Assembly: GCA_963843145.1 (NCBI GenBank) | Contig: CAWJJC010000020.1 | Coordinates: 288,001-352,000, forward strand | DNA: 64,000 bases | Reading direction: 5' to 3' | DNA from: an uncultured delta proteobacterium | Lineage (GTDB): Bacteria; Desulfobacterota; RBG-13-43-22 | Shown: positions 44,010 through 54,196 of the stretch, piece by piece | Numbering within the stretch: the first letter of the stretch is position 1 | Layout: the number at the start of each line of letters is the position of its first letter | The notes under the pieces: model-generated | Databases searched by the model: none | What the model was told of the DNA's origin: nothing | Seen by the model: only the letters and a program-made list of their open reading frames with translations | Program-made: the position numbers and the translations under genes

Positions 44010-44429
44010 ATGGGTACTAATCCGTCCGACATGAAAATCGATATTTTTTTCTGTCAACAGATCGATCCGGCTCAAGACCTTAACCGCCGGGTGATAGAAA
44101 AAGAACTGGGCCCGCGAATCAAATTTTTCCCACTCCCCTGCAGCGGGCGCATTGAATCGCTTCATTTCCTGCGCGCCATGGAGTCGGGGGCGGATCTGGT
44201 CTTTCTGATCACCTGCCCTGAAAAAGCCTGCCGCTACCAGCAAGGCAACACCCGCGCCCGGAAGCGGATGCAATACGCTCAAAAGTTGATTCAGGAAATC
44301 GGAATGGATCCCGAGCGACTGGTTTTGGTAATGACCCGCCCGCCCCTGCCCCAAGCCATCGATCAACTCACCCGGGAGCTCCTGACCCGGATACCGGTAA
44401 AGGGGCATTCGCTCCTGCGCCGGTTGTAG
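44010..44429 (+). CDS. mvhD: MvhD/FlpD-like 2Fe-2S subunit
   Basis: FFCQQ, LPCSGRI, GADLVFLITCPEKACRYQQGN, EIGMDPERL. Confidence 0.85.
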   Translation: MGTNPSDMKIDIFFCQQIDPAQDLNRRVIEKELGPRIKFFPLPCSGRIESLHFLRAMESGADLVFLITCPEKACRYQQGNTRARKRMQYAQKLIQEIGMDPERLVLVMTRPPLPQAIDQLTRELLTRIPVKGHSLLRRL

Positions 44430-44468
44430 TTTTTTTTACTATTTTATCTTTCTGATTGGAGCCCGAGC

Positions 44469-45137
44469 ATGATTACCGCCGAACGAAAACCCATGGAAGA
44501 GATCCTGGCCATGATTTCCCCCTACCAAAAAATCTTGGTGGTCGGCTGCGGCAGTTGCGTGGCCGAATGCGCCGCCGGCGGCGAGCGGGAAACCGGGTTG
44601 TTGGCCTCCGCCCTGCGCATGGAAGCCCGCATGACCAACCGGGATTTGGAAACCAGGGAACTGACCCTGGAACGCCAGTGCGTTTATGAGTTCATCGATC
44701 AACTGACCGGTCTGGTAGATCAGTACGAGGCCGTCCTGTCTCTGGCCTGCGGGGCCGGGGTACAAGCCGTAGCCGAAGTCTTTCCCAAAATCCCTATTCT
44801 GCCGGCCCTGAACACCACCTTTTTAGGACAGACCAAGGAGCCGGGACTCTGGCTGGAGAATTGCCGCGGCTGCGGCCACTGCCGGGTGCATCTTTTCGGG
44901 GATATCTGCCCCATTACCCGCTGTGCCAAGCAATTATTCAACGGACCGTGCGGGGGCTCTCAGAACGGCCACTGCGAAGTGGACCCTGAAGTCCCCTGCG
45001 CCTGGCAGCTCATTGTGGACCGCCTGGAAGAATCGGGTCGACTTTCGCAACTGGAAACGGTTTACCCCCCCGCGGACTGGTCGCGACAACAGGGAACCGG
45101 TCCCAGAAAAATCATCAGGGAGGACCAAAGGAATTGA
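44469..45137 (+). CDS. metV: methylenetetrahydrofolate reductase small (Fe-S/Zn) subunit
   Basis: GCGSCVAECAAGG, ERQC, LACGAGVQ, CRGCGHC...CPITRCAKQLFNGPCGG...CEV...CAW. Confidence 0.88.
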   Translation: MITAERKPMEEILAMISPYQKILVVGCGSCVAECAAGGERETGLLASALRMEARMTNRDLETRELTLERQCVYEFIDQLTGLVDQYEAVLSLACGAGVQAVAEVFPKIPILPALNTTFLGQTKEPGLWLENCRGCGHCRVHLFGDICPITRCAKQLFNGPCGGSQNGHCEVDPEVPCAWQLIVDRLEESGRLSQLETVYPPADWSRQQGTGPRKIIREDQRN

Positions 45138-46057
45138 AAACGGAAAGCCAGTTAAAAAAAGTCTTAGCCGCCGATCATTTCGCCGTCACCGCCGAGTGCG
45201 GGCCTCCTAAAGGCGCCGACCCCGAGGCCATCCTTAAAAAAGGAAAACTGCTGGCCGGATACGCGGACAGCGTCAACGTCACCGATAACCAGACCGGGGT
45301 GGTGCGCCTCAGCAGCCTGGCGGCCTGCACCCTGCTTCGCCAGACCGGGCTGGACCCGGTGCTGCAGATGGTCACCCGGGACCGGAATCGAATCGCCCTG
45401 CAGTCGGACCTCCTGGGGGCCTCGGCCTTGGGAATTCGCAATGTCCTCTGCCTGAGCGGGGACCATCAATCCTTCGGCAATCAGCCCCAGGCCAGGGGAG
45501 TCTTCGATCTGGACTCCCTCCAGTTGATCAGCACCGCCCGGCAGATGCGGGACCAGGGCCAGGTCCTGGGAGGAGAGCCTCTGAGCGTGTCGCCGGACCT
45601 GTTTATCGGAGCGGCGGCCAATCCCTTTGCCGACCCCTTTTTGTACCGGGTCCTACGGTTGGCCAAAAAGGTTAAGGCCGGGGCGGAGTTCATCCAAACC
45701 CAATGCATCTATAACCTGGCCCGCTTTTCCGAGTGGATGGATAAAGTGCGGGAGCGCAATCTGGACCGGGAGGTCTATATTTTAGGCGGGATCACCCCCT
45801 TGAAATCGTCCAAGATGGCCGAATATATGAATAGTAAGGTAGCCGGAATGGATATCCCCGAGGAAGTCATTCGACGGATGAAGGCCGTTCCAGCCAAGGA
45901 ACAGCGCCGGGAGGGCGTGAAGATAAGTATCGAAACCATCCAGGCTTTGAAAGAAATGAAGGGCGTGCACGGGGTCCATATCATGGCCATTGAATGGGAG
46001 GAGGTCGTCCCCCCGATAGTGGAAGGGGCGGGCCTTTTCCCCCGACCGAACCTCTAG
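45134..46057 (+). CDS. metF: methylenetetrahydrofolate reductase
   Basis: VTAECGPPKG, NVTDNQ, RDRNRIALQSDLLGA, LCLSGD, GAEFIQTQ, GVHIMA. Confidence 0.93.
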   Translation: MKTESQLKKVLAADHFAVTAECGPPKGADPEAILKKGKLLAGYADSVNVTDNQTGVVRLSSLAACTLLRQTGLDPVLQMVTRDRNRIALQSDLLGASALGIRNVLCLSGDHQSFGNQPQARGVFDLDSLQLISTARQMRDQGQVLGGEPLSVSPDLFIGAAANPFADPFLYRVLRLAKKVKAGAEFIQTQCIYNLARFSEWMDKVRERNLDREVYILGGITPLKSSKMAEYMNSKVAGMDIPEEVIRRMKAVPAKEQRREGVKISIETIQALKEMKGVHGVHIMAIEWEEVVPPIVEGAGLFPRPNL

Positions 46058-46085
46058 CCAAAAATATTTGCAATATTTTTGGCTA
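46055..46085. terminator. 14-bp perfect AT-rich hairpin at the end of metF
   Basis: TAGCCAAAAATATT-TGC-AATATTTTTGGCTA. Confidence 0.5.
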
Positions 46086-46130
46086 TAATAAAAAACGCTT
46101 TTAAAGGTTTAAAGATAACGTCTTTTTATA

Positions 46131-46201
46131 TAGGTGCTTATTGCATCCATTGTTGGAGACAAATCCTCAGTCCTCAGAACAATGGATGCAATAAGCACCT
46201 A
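46131..46201. repeat. 24-bp perfect inverted repeat (MITE-like / collapsed IS or regulatory hairpin)
   Basis: TAGGTGCTTATTGCATCCATTGTT-23 nt-AACAATGGATGCAATAAGCACCTA. Confidence 0.85.
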
Positions 46202-46217
46202 AGGTAAGGATTAAGTT

Positions 46218-47606
46218 ATGCCAGCGAAGTACCATATTCAAACTGCTAACGTCCCCAACCGCTACCCGACCATCACCCGTTCCGGGGTGATCGCCTGGGA
46301 AGAGGGCTGCCTCAAATGCCCTCGCTGCGTGAAGCGGGATTGCGTCTACGGCGTTTATGACAAAAAAAATCTCGATGCCCGCCTGATGGTGGATTCTCTG
46401 GACAGCCTCTGTAAAGACTGTTTCCGCTGTGTCCAGAACTGCCCCAATCGGTTGATCCACAAGTCCCTGAACCCGGAATATAAAAAGTTAGGGGATACCT
46501 ATTGGACCCCCGAAATCATCTCCACCTTATGGTATCAGGCGGAAACCGGAAGGATCCCCGTTTCCGGGGCCGGGTATGGAGGGACTTTCTCCGGTCCGGG
46601 CTTTGATGCCATGTGGACGGATATGTCGGAGATTGTCCGGCCGACCCGGGACGGGATTCACGGCCGGGAGTATATCAGTACCCAAGTGGATCTGGGGCGC
46701 AAATGGATGTCGCTTGAGTTCGATGACCAGGGAAACCTGCTTTCGCCGACCCAATCCCTGGTGGAAATTCCCTTGCCGATTATTTTCGATCTCCTGCCCT
46801 GGTCGCCTCCCCGGGACCGCATCAATCATACCCTGCTTCGGGGGGCCCGGGGCATCGGCTCCTTTGCGGTGATCTCCCAGCAGGAATGGGAACCCAGCCT
46901 GAAACAATACCTGGACCATGTCCTGCTCTATATCAATCAGGCGGTGGAAACCGTGGACCCGGAATTGATCAAGAAATTGCGTTTGATCGAAATCCCCGAC
47001 GGCCCCCGGGTCCTGGAACGCCTGCGGAAATTGAAGGCTATCAACGCCCAAGCGGTCATCGCGGTCCGGTTGCCCCTCTCGGCCCGTTCCAGCGAACGGG
47101 CCTTGGAACTGACTCAGGACGGCATAGAAATCCTTCATTTCACGGCCAATGAACTGGGTCGGGAACAGGGAGAGGATCCCTGGTATATCAAAGACCGGAT
47201 CAAAGAAGTCCACCTCCACTTGGTTCGCTTCGGCGTCCGCGACCAGATTACCATAATTGCCGGGGGCGGAATCTCCATGGCGGAACACTTGGCTAAACTG
47301 ATCCTCTGCGGGGCCGATGCCGTGGCCGTGGACATCCCGTTGTTGATCGCCCTGGAATGCCGGGTTTGCCGCCGCTGCGCCGCCGGCATCCCCTGCCCGG
47401 TGACTATCGATCAGACCTATCCGCCTCGGGGGGAAGCCCGGATCAGAAATTTAATGGCCGGCTGGCATAACCAACTGCTGGAGATCATGGGAGCCATGGG
47501 AATTCGGGAAGCCCGTCGCCTGCGGGGGGAGATGGGCCGGGCCATGTTTTTTGAAGACCTGGAGGCGGATGTCTTTGCCTCCCTGGGAAAAGGAGTTGCC
47601 TCATGA
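46218..47606 (+). CDS. glutamate synthase FMN-domain paralogue with N-terminal 2x[4Fe-4S], degenerate active site
   Basis: CLKCPRCVKRDC and CKDCFRCVQNCP; IIAGGGI..AEHLAKLILCGADAV; CRVCRRC..CP; lacks the MSFG, TGEGG and QGAKPG motifs. Confidence 0.8.
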   Translation: MPAKYHIQTANVPNRYPTITRSGVIAWEEGCLKCPRCVKRDCVYGVYDKKNLDARLMVDSLDSLCKDCFRCVQNCPNRLIHKSLNPEYKKLGDTYWTPEIISTLWYQAETGRIPVSGAGYGGTFSGPGFDAMWTDMSEIVRPTRDGIHGREYISTQVDLGRKWMSLEFDDQGNLLSPTQSLVEIPLPIIFDLLPWSPPRDRINHTLLRGARGIGSFAVISQQEWEPSLKQYLDHVLLYINQAVETVDPELIKKLRLIEIPDGPRVLERLRKLKAINAQAVIAVRLPLSARSSERALELTQDGIEILHFTANELGREQGEDPWYIKDRIKEVHLHLVRFGVRDQITIIAGGGISMAEHLAKLILCGADAVAVDIPLLIALECRVCRRCAAGIPCPVTIDQTYPPRGEARIRNLMAGWHNQLLEIMGAMGIREARRLRGEMGRAMFFEDLEADVFASLGKGVAS

Positions 47607-49117
47607 CCCCCCCCGTTCCTTTTATTCCCCCTGAAGTAAAACGGATGCCTTCCCGCTTCCGACAGGCCTTAAGCAAGTACCGGATCACCATCACCCCGGA
47701 CTGCGATAATTGCGGTCTCTGCGTTACCCTTTGTCCTTACGGCGTTTATCAGAAAGGCAGCCGGCGCCCCCGGGTGGCCCAGGAATATCGCTGTCTGGGT
47801 CCTTCCTGCCAAAAAAATGAATTCTATTGTTTGTCCCGCTGTCCGCGGGACGCCATTCGCCTGAATCTCAACCCTTCTTTTGAGGTTCTGGGGGATAAGC
47901 GCTGGACTTCGGATTTATTGGCCAGCACCTGGTATATGGCCGAAACCGGGGAGATCCCTTATCAGGATATCAACTATAAAACCGGAGATTCGGGCGGCGG
48001 CTTCGACAAAATCCGGTTTCGGCTCCCCGCCGTTCCCCCCCTGGAGATTCCGGAGGAAGATATCTCCCTGGGTATCGAGCTCAACCGGACCGGGGATGAG
48101 CGCCCCCAAGTCACTTTGCCCGTTCCCTTTTATTTGGGCGGCATGTCCTTCGGCTCCATCAGCATCCATTCCATGCTTTCCCGGGTTCGGGCCGCAACCG
48201 CCTGGGGAACCTTTTGCTGTACCGGTGAAGGGGGATTCCCGGACGACTTAATCCCTTATGACGATCACGTTATTACCCAGGTGGCCACCGGGCTCTTCGG
48301 GGTTCGGGAAGAAACCATTAAACGGGTCCGAATTGTGGAGTTTAAATACGCCCAGGGCGCTAAACCGGGGTTGGGTGGCCACCTGCTGGGTGATAAAGTC
48401 ACTCCGGAGGTGGCCCGGATGCGGGAGGCCGTGGTCGGAAGTTCCTTGTTTTCTCCTTTTCCCTTTCATAGCGTTTACTCGGTAGAGGACCATAAAAAAC
48501 ATATCGATTGGATCAAAGAGATCAACCCCCGAGCTTTGGTTTCCGTCAAAGTGTCTACCCCCAACGACGTGGACATGGTGGCCGTGGGCAGCTATTTTGC
48601 CGGGGCCCATATTCTGCAGTTGGACGGAAGTTATGGCGGAACCGGCGCCGCCCCGGACATTGCCAAGAAAAATATCGCCATGCCTCTGGAGTACGCCGTG
48701 CCTAAGGTTCACCGGTTCCTGAAGGACGAAGGGATCAGGGATAAAATCACCATCATTGCCAGCGGAGGAATCCGGACGGCTTACGATGCTGCCAAAATCA
48801 TCGCCCTGGGCGCCAACGGCATCTGTTTGGGCACGCTGGACATGGTCTCCTTGGAATGCCTGCGCTGCCACAACTGCGAATCCGGCCGCGGCTGCGCCCG
48901 GGGGATCGCCACCACCGATCCCGAATTGTCCAAGCTGATCACCCAAGATTGGGGTACTCAGCGGATTATAAATTCCTATACCGCCTGGATGAAACAATGG
49001 CGTTTTTTGCTCCGCCGGTTGGGATTGACCCGTATCCAGGACCTGGTGGGTCGCTGGGACTTATTGGTGCATTTGGATTATATTCGTCCGGAAGAGCTGA
49101 CCGGAGTTATCGACTAA
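47603..49117 (+). CDS. glutamate synthase FMN-binding subunit (GltB domain 2) with N-terminal ferredoxin
   Basis: CDNCGLCVTLCP, GGMSFGSIS, TGEGG, QVATGLFG, KYAQGAKPGLGGHL, ASGGIRT, CLRCHNC. Confidence 0.9.
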   Translation: MTPPVPFIPPEVKRMPSRFRQALSKYRITITPDCDNCGLCVTLCPYGVYQKGSRRPRVAQEYRCLGPSCQKNEFYCLSRCPRDAIRLNLNPSFEVLGDKRWTSDLLASTWYMAETGEIPYQDINYKTGDSGGGFDKIRFRLPAVPPLEIPEEDISLGIELNRTGDERPQVTLPVPFYLGGMSFGSISIHSMLSRVRAATAWGTFCCTGEGGFPDDLIPYDDHVITQVATGLFGVREETIKRVRIVEFKYAQGAKPGLGGHLLGDKVTPEVARMREAVVGSSLFSPFPFHSVYSVEDHKKHIDWIKEINPRALVSVKVSTPNDVDMVAVGSYFAGAHILQLDGSYGGTGAAPDIAKKNIAMPLEYAVPKVHRFLKDEGIRDKITIIASGGIRTAYDAAKIIALGANGICLGTLDMVSLECLRCHNCESGRGCARGIATTDPELSKLITQDWGTQRIINSYTAWMKQWRFLLRRLGLTRIQDLVGRWDLLVHLDYIRPEELTGVID

Positions 49118-49141
49118 ACTTAAAAACTATCGGGAAGGACC

Positions 49142-51769
49142 ATGAACTATCAGTCAAACGCACAGGCCCTGATTCATTCGCGGGCTCATTTATTGGAAAA
49201 ACTGGATCCGGCACGGCGTTTACCCCGTCGGCCGGAGGCCGAAGAAGGCGGATGCGGGGTCACCGGTTTCGCCTGCAACATTCCGGTCAGTGGCCGTCAT
49301 ATATTCGAACCCTCAGTGCAGATGCACAACCGCGGCAATGGTAAAGGCGGAGGCATCGCCGCCGTGGGGCTGGAAGCCTCCAAGCTGGGGGTGGACCAGG
49401 GCACCCTGGATGGGGATTTCCTTTACCAGATTGCCCTGCTGGATAAAACCGTACTGCCCGAATTGGAGGCACAATTTATCCGCCCCTGCTTCCGGGTGGA
49501 TCACGAGGCTTTTCTGCCCACCGTGGACGACTACCGGGACGTGCCCGGTCTGGAATTGGAACCCCCGGCGGTCAAGCGCTATTTCGTTCGCGTCCGGCCC
49601 GAGGTGCTGGCCCGTTTTCAAAAAGAGCGCCGTCTCGACAAGCTTTCGGCCAGAAAAGTCGAGGAGGAATTCATCTACCAGAACTCCTTTCAACTTAATC
49701 AGCGTTACTACAGTTCCCTGGGGGACAAACGGGCTTTTGTCTTGTCCCATGGTCGGAACATGATGATTTTAAAAATCGTCGGTTACGCCGAACAGGTAAC
49801 CCAGTATTATCGTCTGGAAGATTTTAAGGCCCATGTCTGGATCGCCCACCAGCGTTATCCAACCAAAGGTAGGGTCTGGCACCCGGGCGGGGCCCATCCC
49901 TTTATCGGGATGGACGAAGCCTTGGTCCATAACGGCGATTTTGCCAATTACTATTCCGTCAGTGAATATCTTTTTCAGCGGAACGTGGTCCCCCTGTTTC
50001 TGACCGATACCGAAGTTTCGGTCCAGGTTTTCGATTTGTTAAACCGGGTCTATGGGTATCCTCTGGAATACATTATCGAGTCCCTGGCCCCCACTACGGA
50101 ATTGGACTTCGATCAGTTGTCGCCCGAAAAACAAAAGGTTTATCGTCAGATCCAGGCTACCCAGATCCATGGTTCCCCGGATGGTCCCTGGTTTTTTATT
50201 ATTGCCCGGAATATGCCCGGCCAACGGAAATATCAGTTAATCGGGATTACCGACACCGCTATGCTGCGGCCCCAAGTCTTTGCCCTACAAAAAGGGGAGG
50301 TGGAAATCGGGCTCATCTGTTCGGAAAAACAGGCCATTGACGCCACCCTCCAGAGCCTGGCCCGGGAGGACCCCCGGTTTGGAACCGTGGCTGACCGCTA
50401 TTGGAACGCCCGGGGAGGAAGCTACACCGATGGCGGGGCGTTTATCTTTTCGGTCCAGGAAAAAGCCCCAGGCGCCCTGGAGCTTACCTGCAACGACAAG
50501 TTCGGCCGGGAGATCACGGTCCCTCAAGACCGGCAACCCTACGATTTTCGGATCCCGATGGCCGATGACGGGCTGGAGGCCGGGATTCAGAAGAAGCTTA
50601 AAGAAGGGTTAACCTCGGGCTCCATTCCAGGACTGTTCAACGACTGGAAGTCTTTTTTGGCTGAGAGCGATTATCGCCGCCTGGGTTCCTGGATCCGTTA
50701 TCTGGTGGAATTGGCCCGCGCGGAAAAATTGAAACCCCAGGTCCTGGAACTGCTGACCCTGGTCCTGGATCGACGCTATCCCAGCGGTTCTAAACGGCGC
50801 CGCTCGATCCTGCAAATGGTCCTGGAAGGTCTGGACCGGATTTTTCTGGAGGTTCCCCTAATCCACGAGTCCAAGGGTAAAACCTATCTACGGATCGATT
50901 ATGACCACCGCCGCCATCTTCGGGCCCCCAGGGGCAAAGAAATGGTGCTGGTCATCGATGCTGGAAAATTCCCTCCCGAAGGGGAAGAATGCGATGCCCG
51001 GCTGCTGGTCAAGGCCTATGAACTGGGCTGGAAACGATTTATTGGTTTTGGGTTCCGCGGGCAGCGCTTCTTGGGCAACGGTCTGGGCCCGGATACCCAG
51101 GGGGTTCGGATTGATGCCTATGGGAGTTCCGGGGATTACCTGGGTTCCGGCATGGACGGAATGGAAATCTACGTCCACGGCAACGCCCAAGACCAGTTGG
51201 GGCAAATCCTCAAATCCGGAAAACTGGTGGTTTATGGCGATGTGGGCCAGACTTTTTTATACGGGGCCAAAGGCGGGGAGGTCTATGTGCTGGGCAACGC
51301 CGCCGGACGCCCGCTGATCAATGCCGTTGGGCGCCCTAAAGTGATCATCAACGGAACGGCCCTCGACTTCCTGGCCGAATCCTTCATGGCCGGAGATCCC
51401 CATCAGGGAGGGGGATTTGTTATCTTAAACGGCCTGACCGTGGAAACCCAGGGGCAAATCATCCCCCAGGATACCCCTTACCCGGGCTCCAACCTTTTTT
51501 CCCTGGCTTCCGGGGGAGCCATTTTCGTCCGCGATCCGGACCATAAGATTATTCCCGAACAGCTCAACGGAGGTGAACTGGCGCCTTTTACCGATAAAGA
51601 CTGGGAACTCATCCGGCCTTATCTGGAAGAGAACGAACGCCTCTTCGGGATAGCTATCCAGGAGCATCTTCTAACCGTGGCCGGGGAAGTCAAGGCCCCT
51701 GGACAGGTCTATCGCACGGTCCAACCGCTGAAACGGACGGTACTGACCGGCAGCGAGGAATGGGAATAA
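49142..51769 (+). CDS. glutamate synthase amidotransferase + GXGXG subunit (GltB domains 1+3)
   Basis: EGGCGVTGF (Ntn Cys after short propeptide), MHNRGNGKGGG, IAHQRYPT...AHPF...VHNGDFAN; C-terminal GSSGDYLGSGMDG...GNAQDQLG...GDVGQTFLYGAKGG. Confidence 0.88.
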   Translation: MNYQSNAQALIHSRAHLLEKLDPARRLPRRPEAEEGGCGVTGFACNIPVSGRHIFEPSVQMHNRGNGKGGGIAAVGLEASKLGVDQGTLDGDFLYQIALLDKTVLPELEAQFIRPCFRVDHEAFLPTVDDYRDVPGLELEPPAVKRYFVRVRPEVLARFQKERRLDKLSARKVEEEFIYQNSFQLNQRYYSSLGDKRAFVLSHGRNMMILKIVGYAEQVTQYYRLEDFKAHVWIAHQRYPTKGRVWHPGGAHPFIGMDEALVHNGDFANYYSVSEYLFQRNVVPLFLTDTEVSVQVFDLLNRVYGYPLEYIIESLAPTTELDFDQLSPEKQKVYRQIQATQIHGSPDGPWFFIIARNMPGQRKYQLIGITDTAMLRPQVFALQKGEVEIGLICSEKQAIDATLQSLAREDPRFGTVADRYWNARGGSYTDGGAFIFSVQEKAPGALELTCNDKFGREITVPQDRQPYDFRIPMADDGLEAGIQKKLKEGLTSGSIPGLFNDWKSFLAESDYRRLGSWIRYLVELARAEKLKPQVLELLTLVLDRRYPSGSKRRRSILQMVLEGLDRIFLEVPLIHESKGKTYLRIDYDHRRHLRAPRGKEMVLVIDAGKFPPEGEECDARLLVKAYELGWKRFIGFGFRGQRFLGNGLGPDTQGVRIDAYGSSGDYLGSGMDGMEIYVHGNAQDQLGQILKSGKLVVYGDVGQTFLYGAKGGEVYVLGNAAGRPLINAVGRPKVIINGTALDFLAESFMAGDPHQGGGFVILNGLTVETQGQIIPQDTPYPGSNLFSLASGGAIFVRDPDHKIIPEQLNGGELAPFTDKDWELIRPYLEENERLFGIAIQEHLLTVAGEVKAPGQVYRTVQPLKRTVLTGSEEWE

Positions 51770-51788
51770 AGGTCTGAGGGATAAGGGT

Positions 51789-52367
51789 TTAGACCTCCAG
51801 ATATTCCGGCCAATTATAGAATTCGCGGAACAATTGATAGAGAAAAACACCGCCCAAAATTATAGCCGCTCCGATCATAACCGCGAACAAAACCGCCAGT
51901 ACCCAGACCCACCGGTTTACACCGCCAATCTCGGCCAGCGAACCAGCGGGCAAAGTCGCAGCCAATCGACTTCGGTATTCTCCAATTTTCCGTTTGGCCT
52001 GCCGAAAATACAAGTAATTGGCCACAGCCCCCCAAACGAACCAGGCAGGCAGGGCCAGGTGAGGGATCAACCACAGACCCAGGGCCACCAGGGCCCAAAC
52101 ATAGAGCTTACGGTACAATAACCACCAAAAGCCGTAAATAAAGGCCGACCAATTCCAGGTCAGCGCGAAGCCGTCTGTGGGACCGGTCTGAAACTTCTTA
52201 AATTTTACTAAATAGTATTCAGCCCGTGGGCCGATATAACCAATGAAATCTCCCTCTGTATCCATAACCGGCGTCCCGGATAATCCGGAATGGACTCTTT
52301 GCCCGCAGTTAGGGCAATAGTCGCCTCCCTCCGGGATTTCTTTTCCACACTGGCTACAAAAAATCAT
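51789..52367 (-). CDS. zinc-ribbon + DUF2628 membrane protein
   Basis: FCSQCG...YCPNCG; WNWSAF...WLLYRKLY...ANYLY...GGVN. Confidence 0.8.
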   Translation of the reverse strand: MIFCSQCGKEIPEGGDYCPNCGQRVHSGLSGTPVMDTEGDFIGYIGPRAEYYLVKFKKFQTGPTDGFALTWNWSAFIYGFWWLLYRKLYVWALVALGLWLIPHLALPAWFVWGAVANYLYFRQAKRKIGEYRSRLAATLPAGSLAEIGGVNRWVWVLAVLFAVMIGAAIILGGVFLYQLFREFYNWPEYLEV

Positions 52368-52426
52368 TTATTAGTTGCCGCGGTTCATGCCTGGGTTTGG
52401 TTGGCTGACCCAAAAGCATCACAGGG

Positions 52427-53892
52427 TTATTGGATTTTTTTGATCAAACGGTCATAAAAAGACGCGGGAAACAGCCGCCGCTATCCTTCGCGCCCAATTC
52501 CGACCTAAGGTCCTCAATAAGGTACGGGGTAGGACGAATCGCCACCGTGGATGGCGTTGAAGATAACGGACCAGTAAAACCAAAAACATTTCATAATTCT
52601 TTTGGTAGCTAATCCGGCCGCGGGTGAAAAACCTAAAACCCTGCTCTGAATAGGGTTCGATAATCAATTCTTCCAGCGCCCGATCATAAATCGGTGTACC
52701 CGGGAAAAAAGCCAAATAGAAAAAATTGACCTTCACCTCGAAGGGTAGCTCCACCAAATAATCATAGGTTTGAATGATATCTTCTGAGTTTTCAAAAGGG
52801 TTATCGATGATAAAGTCAAGCAACAGGTCCAGTTGTTTGCTTTCTACGAGGGGTATAATCTGGCCGACCACTTCTTTGGTTTTGCTCACTTTTATCCTTC
52901 GATGATAGACCTCGTCTAAAACCCTTTGACTGCCTGATTGAACGCCCATTTGGATTATTTTAAGCCCGGCAGACAATAATAATTCCAGTTTCTCCTTACT
53001 ATAAGTGTTGGCGCTGATGGCTATTCCAAATGGAAGGCCGATCCTTTTTTTATATTGTTCGGCGAACTCCCGGAGCTCCTGCTTGGGCCTGAAAAAAAAA
53101 TCATCATCCCCAAATCCTATTAATCGGAAAAAATCATATTAGGGATAGAATCCGCTCCAACTCATCCAAGATGCGGCCTAGGCTATAAAATCGCAATCGG
53201 TTGCGTCCAAACATTGCCAGGTAACGGCAATTATTACAATAGGAACAATTATGCGGACACCCCCGGGAAGAAATCAAATAGAGAATCGGAACATAGTAGG
53301 GATACCCGGCACTTCGCTCTTGAAATATCTTTTTGCTTATGGGAAAAAGTCCCCGGTCCAACAGAAAATGATTTTCCAGACCATAGTCGTAATTCGGAAG
53401 GCTGTCCAAATCGGTGAAAGGCTGAAGCACGGGATTAATCACGGAATTCCCATTTATCTTGAAGGCCATGTTGGGTGTGGACAGGTAATTGTCCTGGTTC
53501 GCCATTCGGTTGACCAGTTCGACCACGGCTTGATCCCCTTCAGAAAAGCAGACCCCATCCGCGTATCGGAGACTCAACTCCGGGGCGGAGATGCAATGGG
53601 GTCCACCCCAAATGACCATCAACCCCGGATACTTTTGGTGAATATACCTTGTTATTTGAACGGCGCGGTAGGCATAGAAACTATAAACCGCCAATAAGAC
53701 CAGATCAGCCTCTAAAATCAGATCGTCTAACGCTTCCAGGTCTTTTAGGCTGTATTCCACGGGCTCCAACCTGGCTAAAAACACAGTCTGCACCCGATGG
53801 TTCGCCCTTTTTAGCAATGCCGAGATAAGGCGGGATCCATCCGAGGATAGCTGTCCAGCAACATTAATAAGCAGAATTCTCATTAGGTTCAT
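52427..53892 (-). CDS. cobalamin-binding radical SAM protein, frameshifts near 53139 and probably ~52480
   Basis: IWGGPH, SEGD, SSRGCPHNCSYCNN; continues as YDFFRLIGFGDDDFF...MGVQSGS...DFIIDNPFE...FFPGTP; likely end RLFPASFYDRLIKKIQ. Confidence 0.85.
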
Positions 53893-54196
53893 TCTTTAAT
53901 GCCGTGGCCTTTTTTTGTCAACTTCTAATGCGCCAAACTGTTTTCTCTCCCTCACTTCGGCGGTTTTAAATAACTACCCGAATGATCATCAGGGGGGACA
54001 GGTCAAAATTTATTCTTGACTTTTTACCGGCCTTGGATCGATTATTACGGCAACTCTCTAATTTCTGAATATATTTTCGATTTTGGAGGCCCGAGGAGCT
54101 GACAACCGCGTCCTTTTTACTTCTGTTAATAGATGATCGGCTTGGTTTATTCAAAAAGAGTAACTTTTTTCGAAAGATTTATCGGATTTTAATAAC

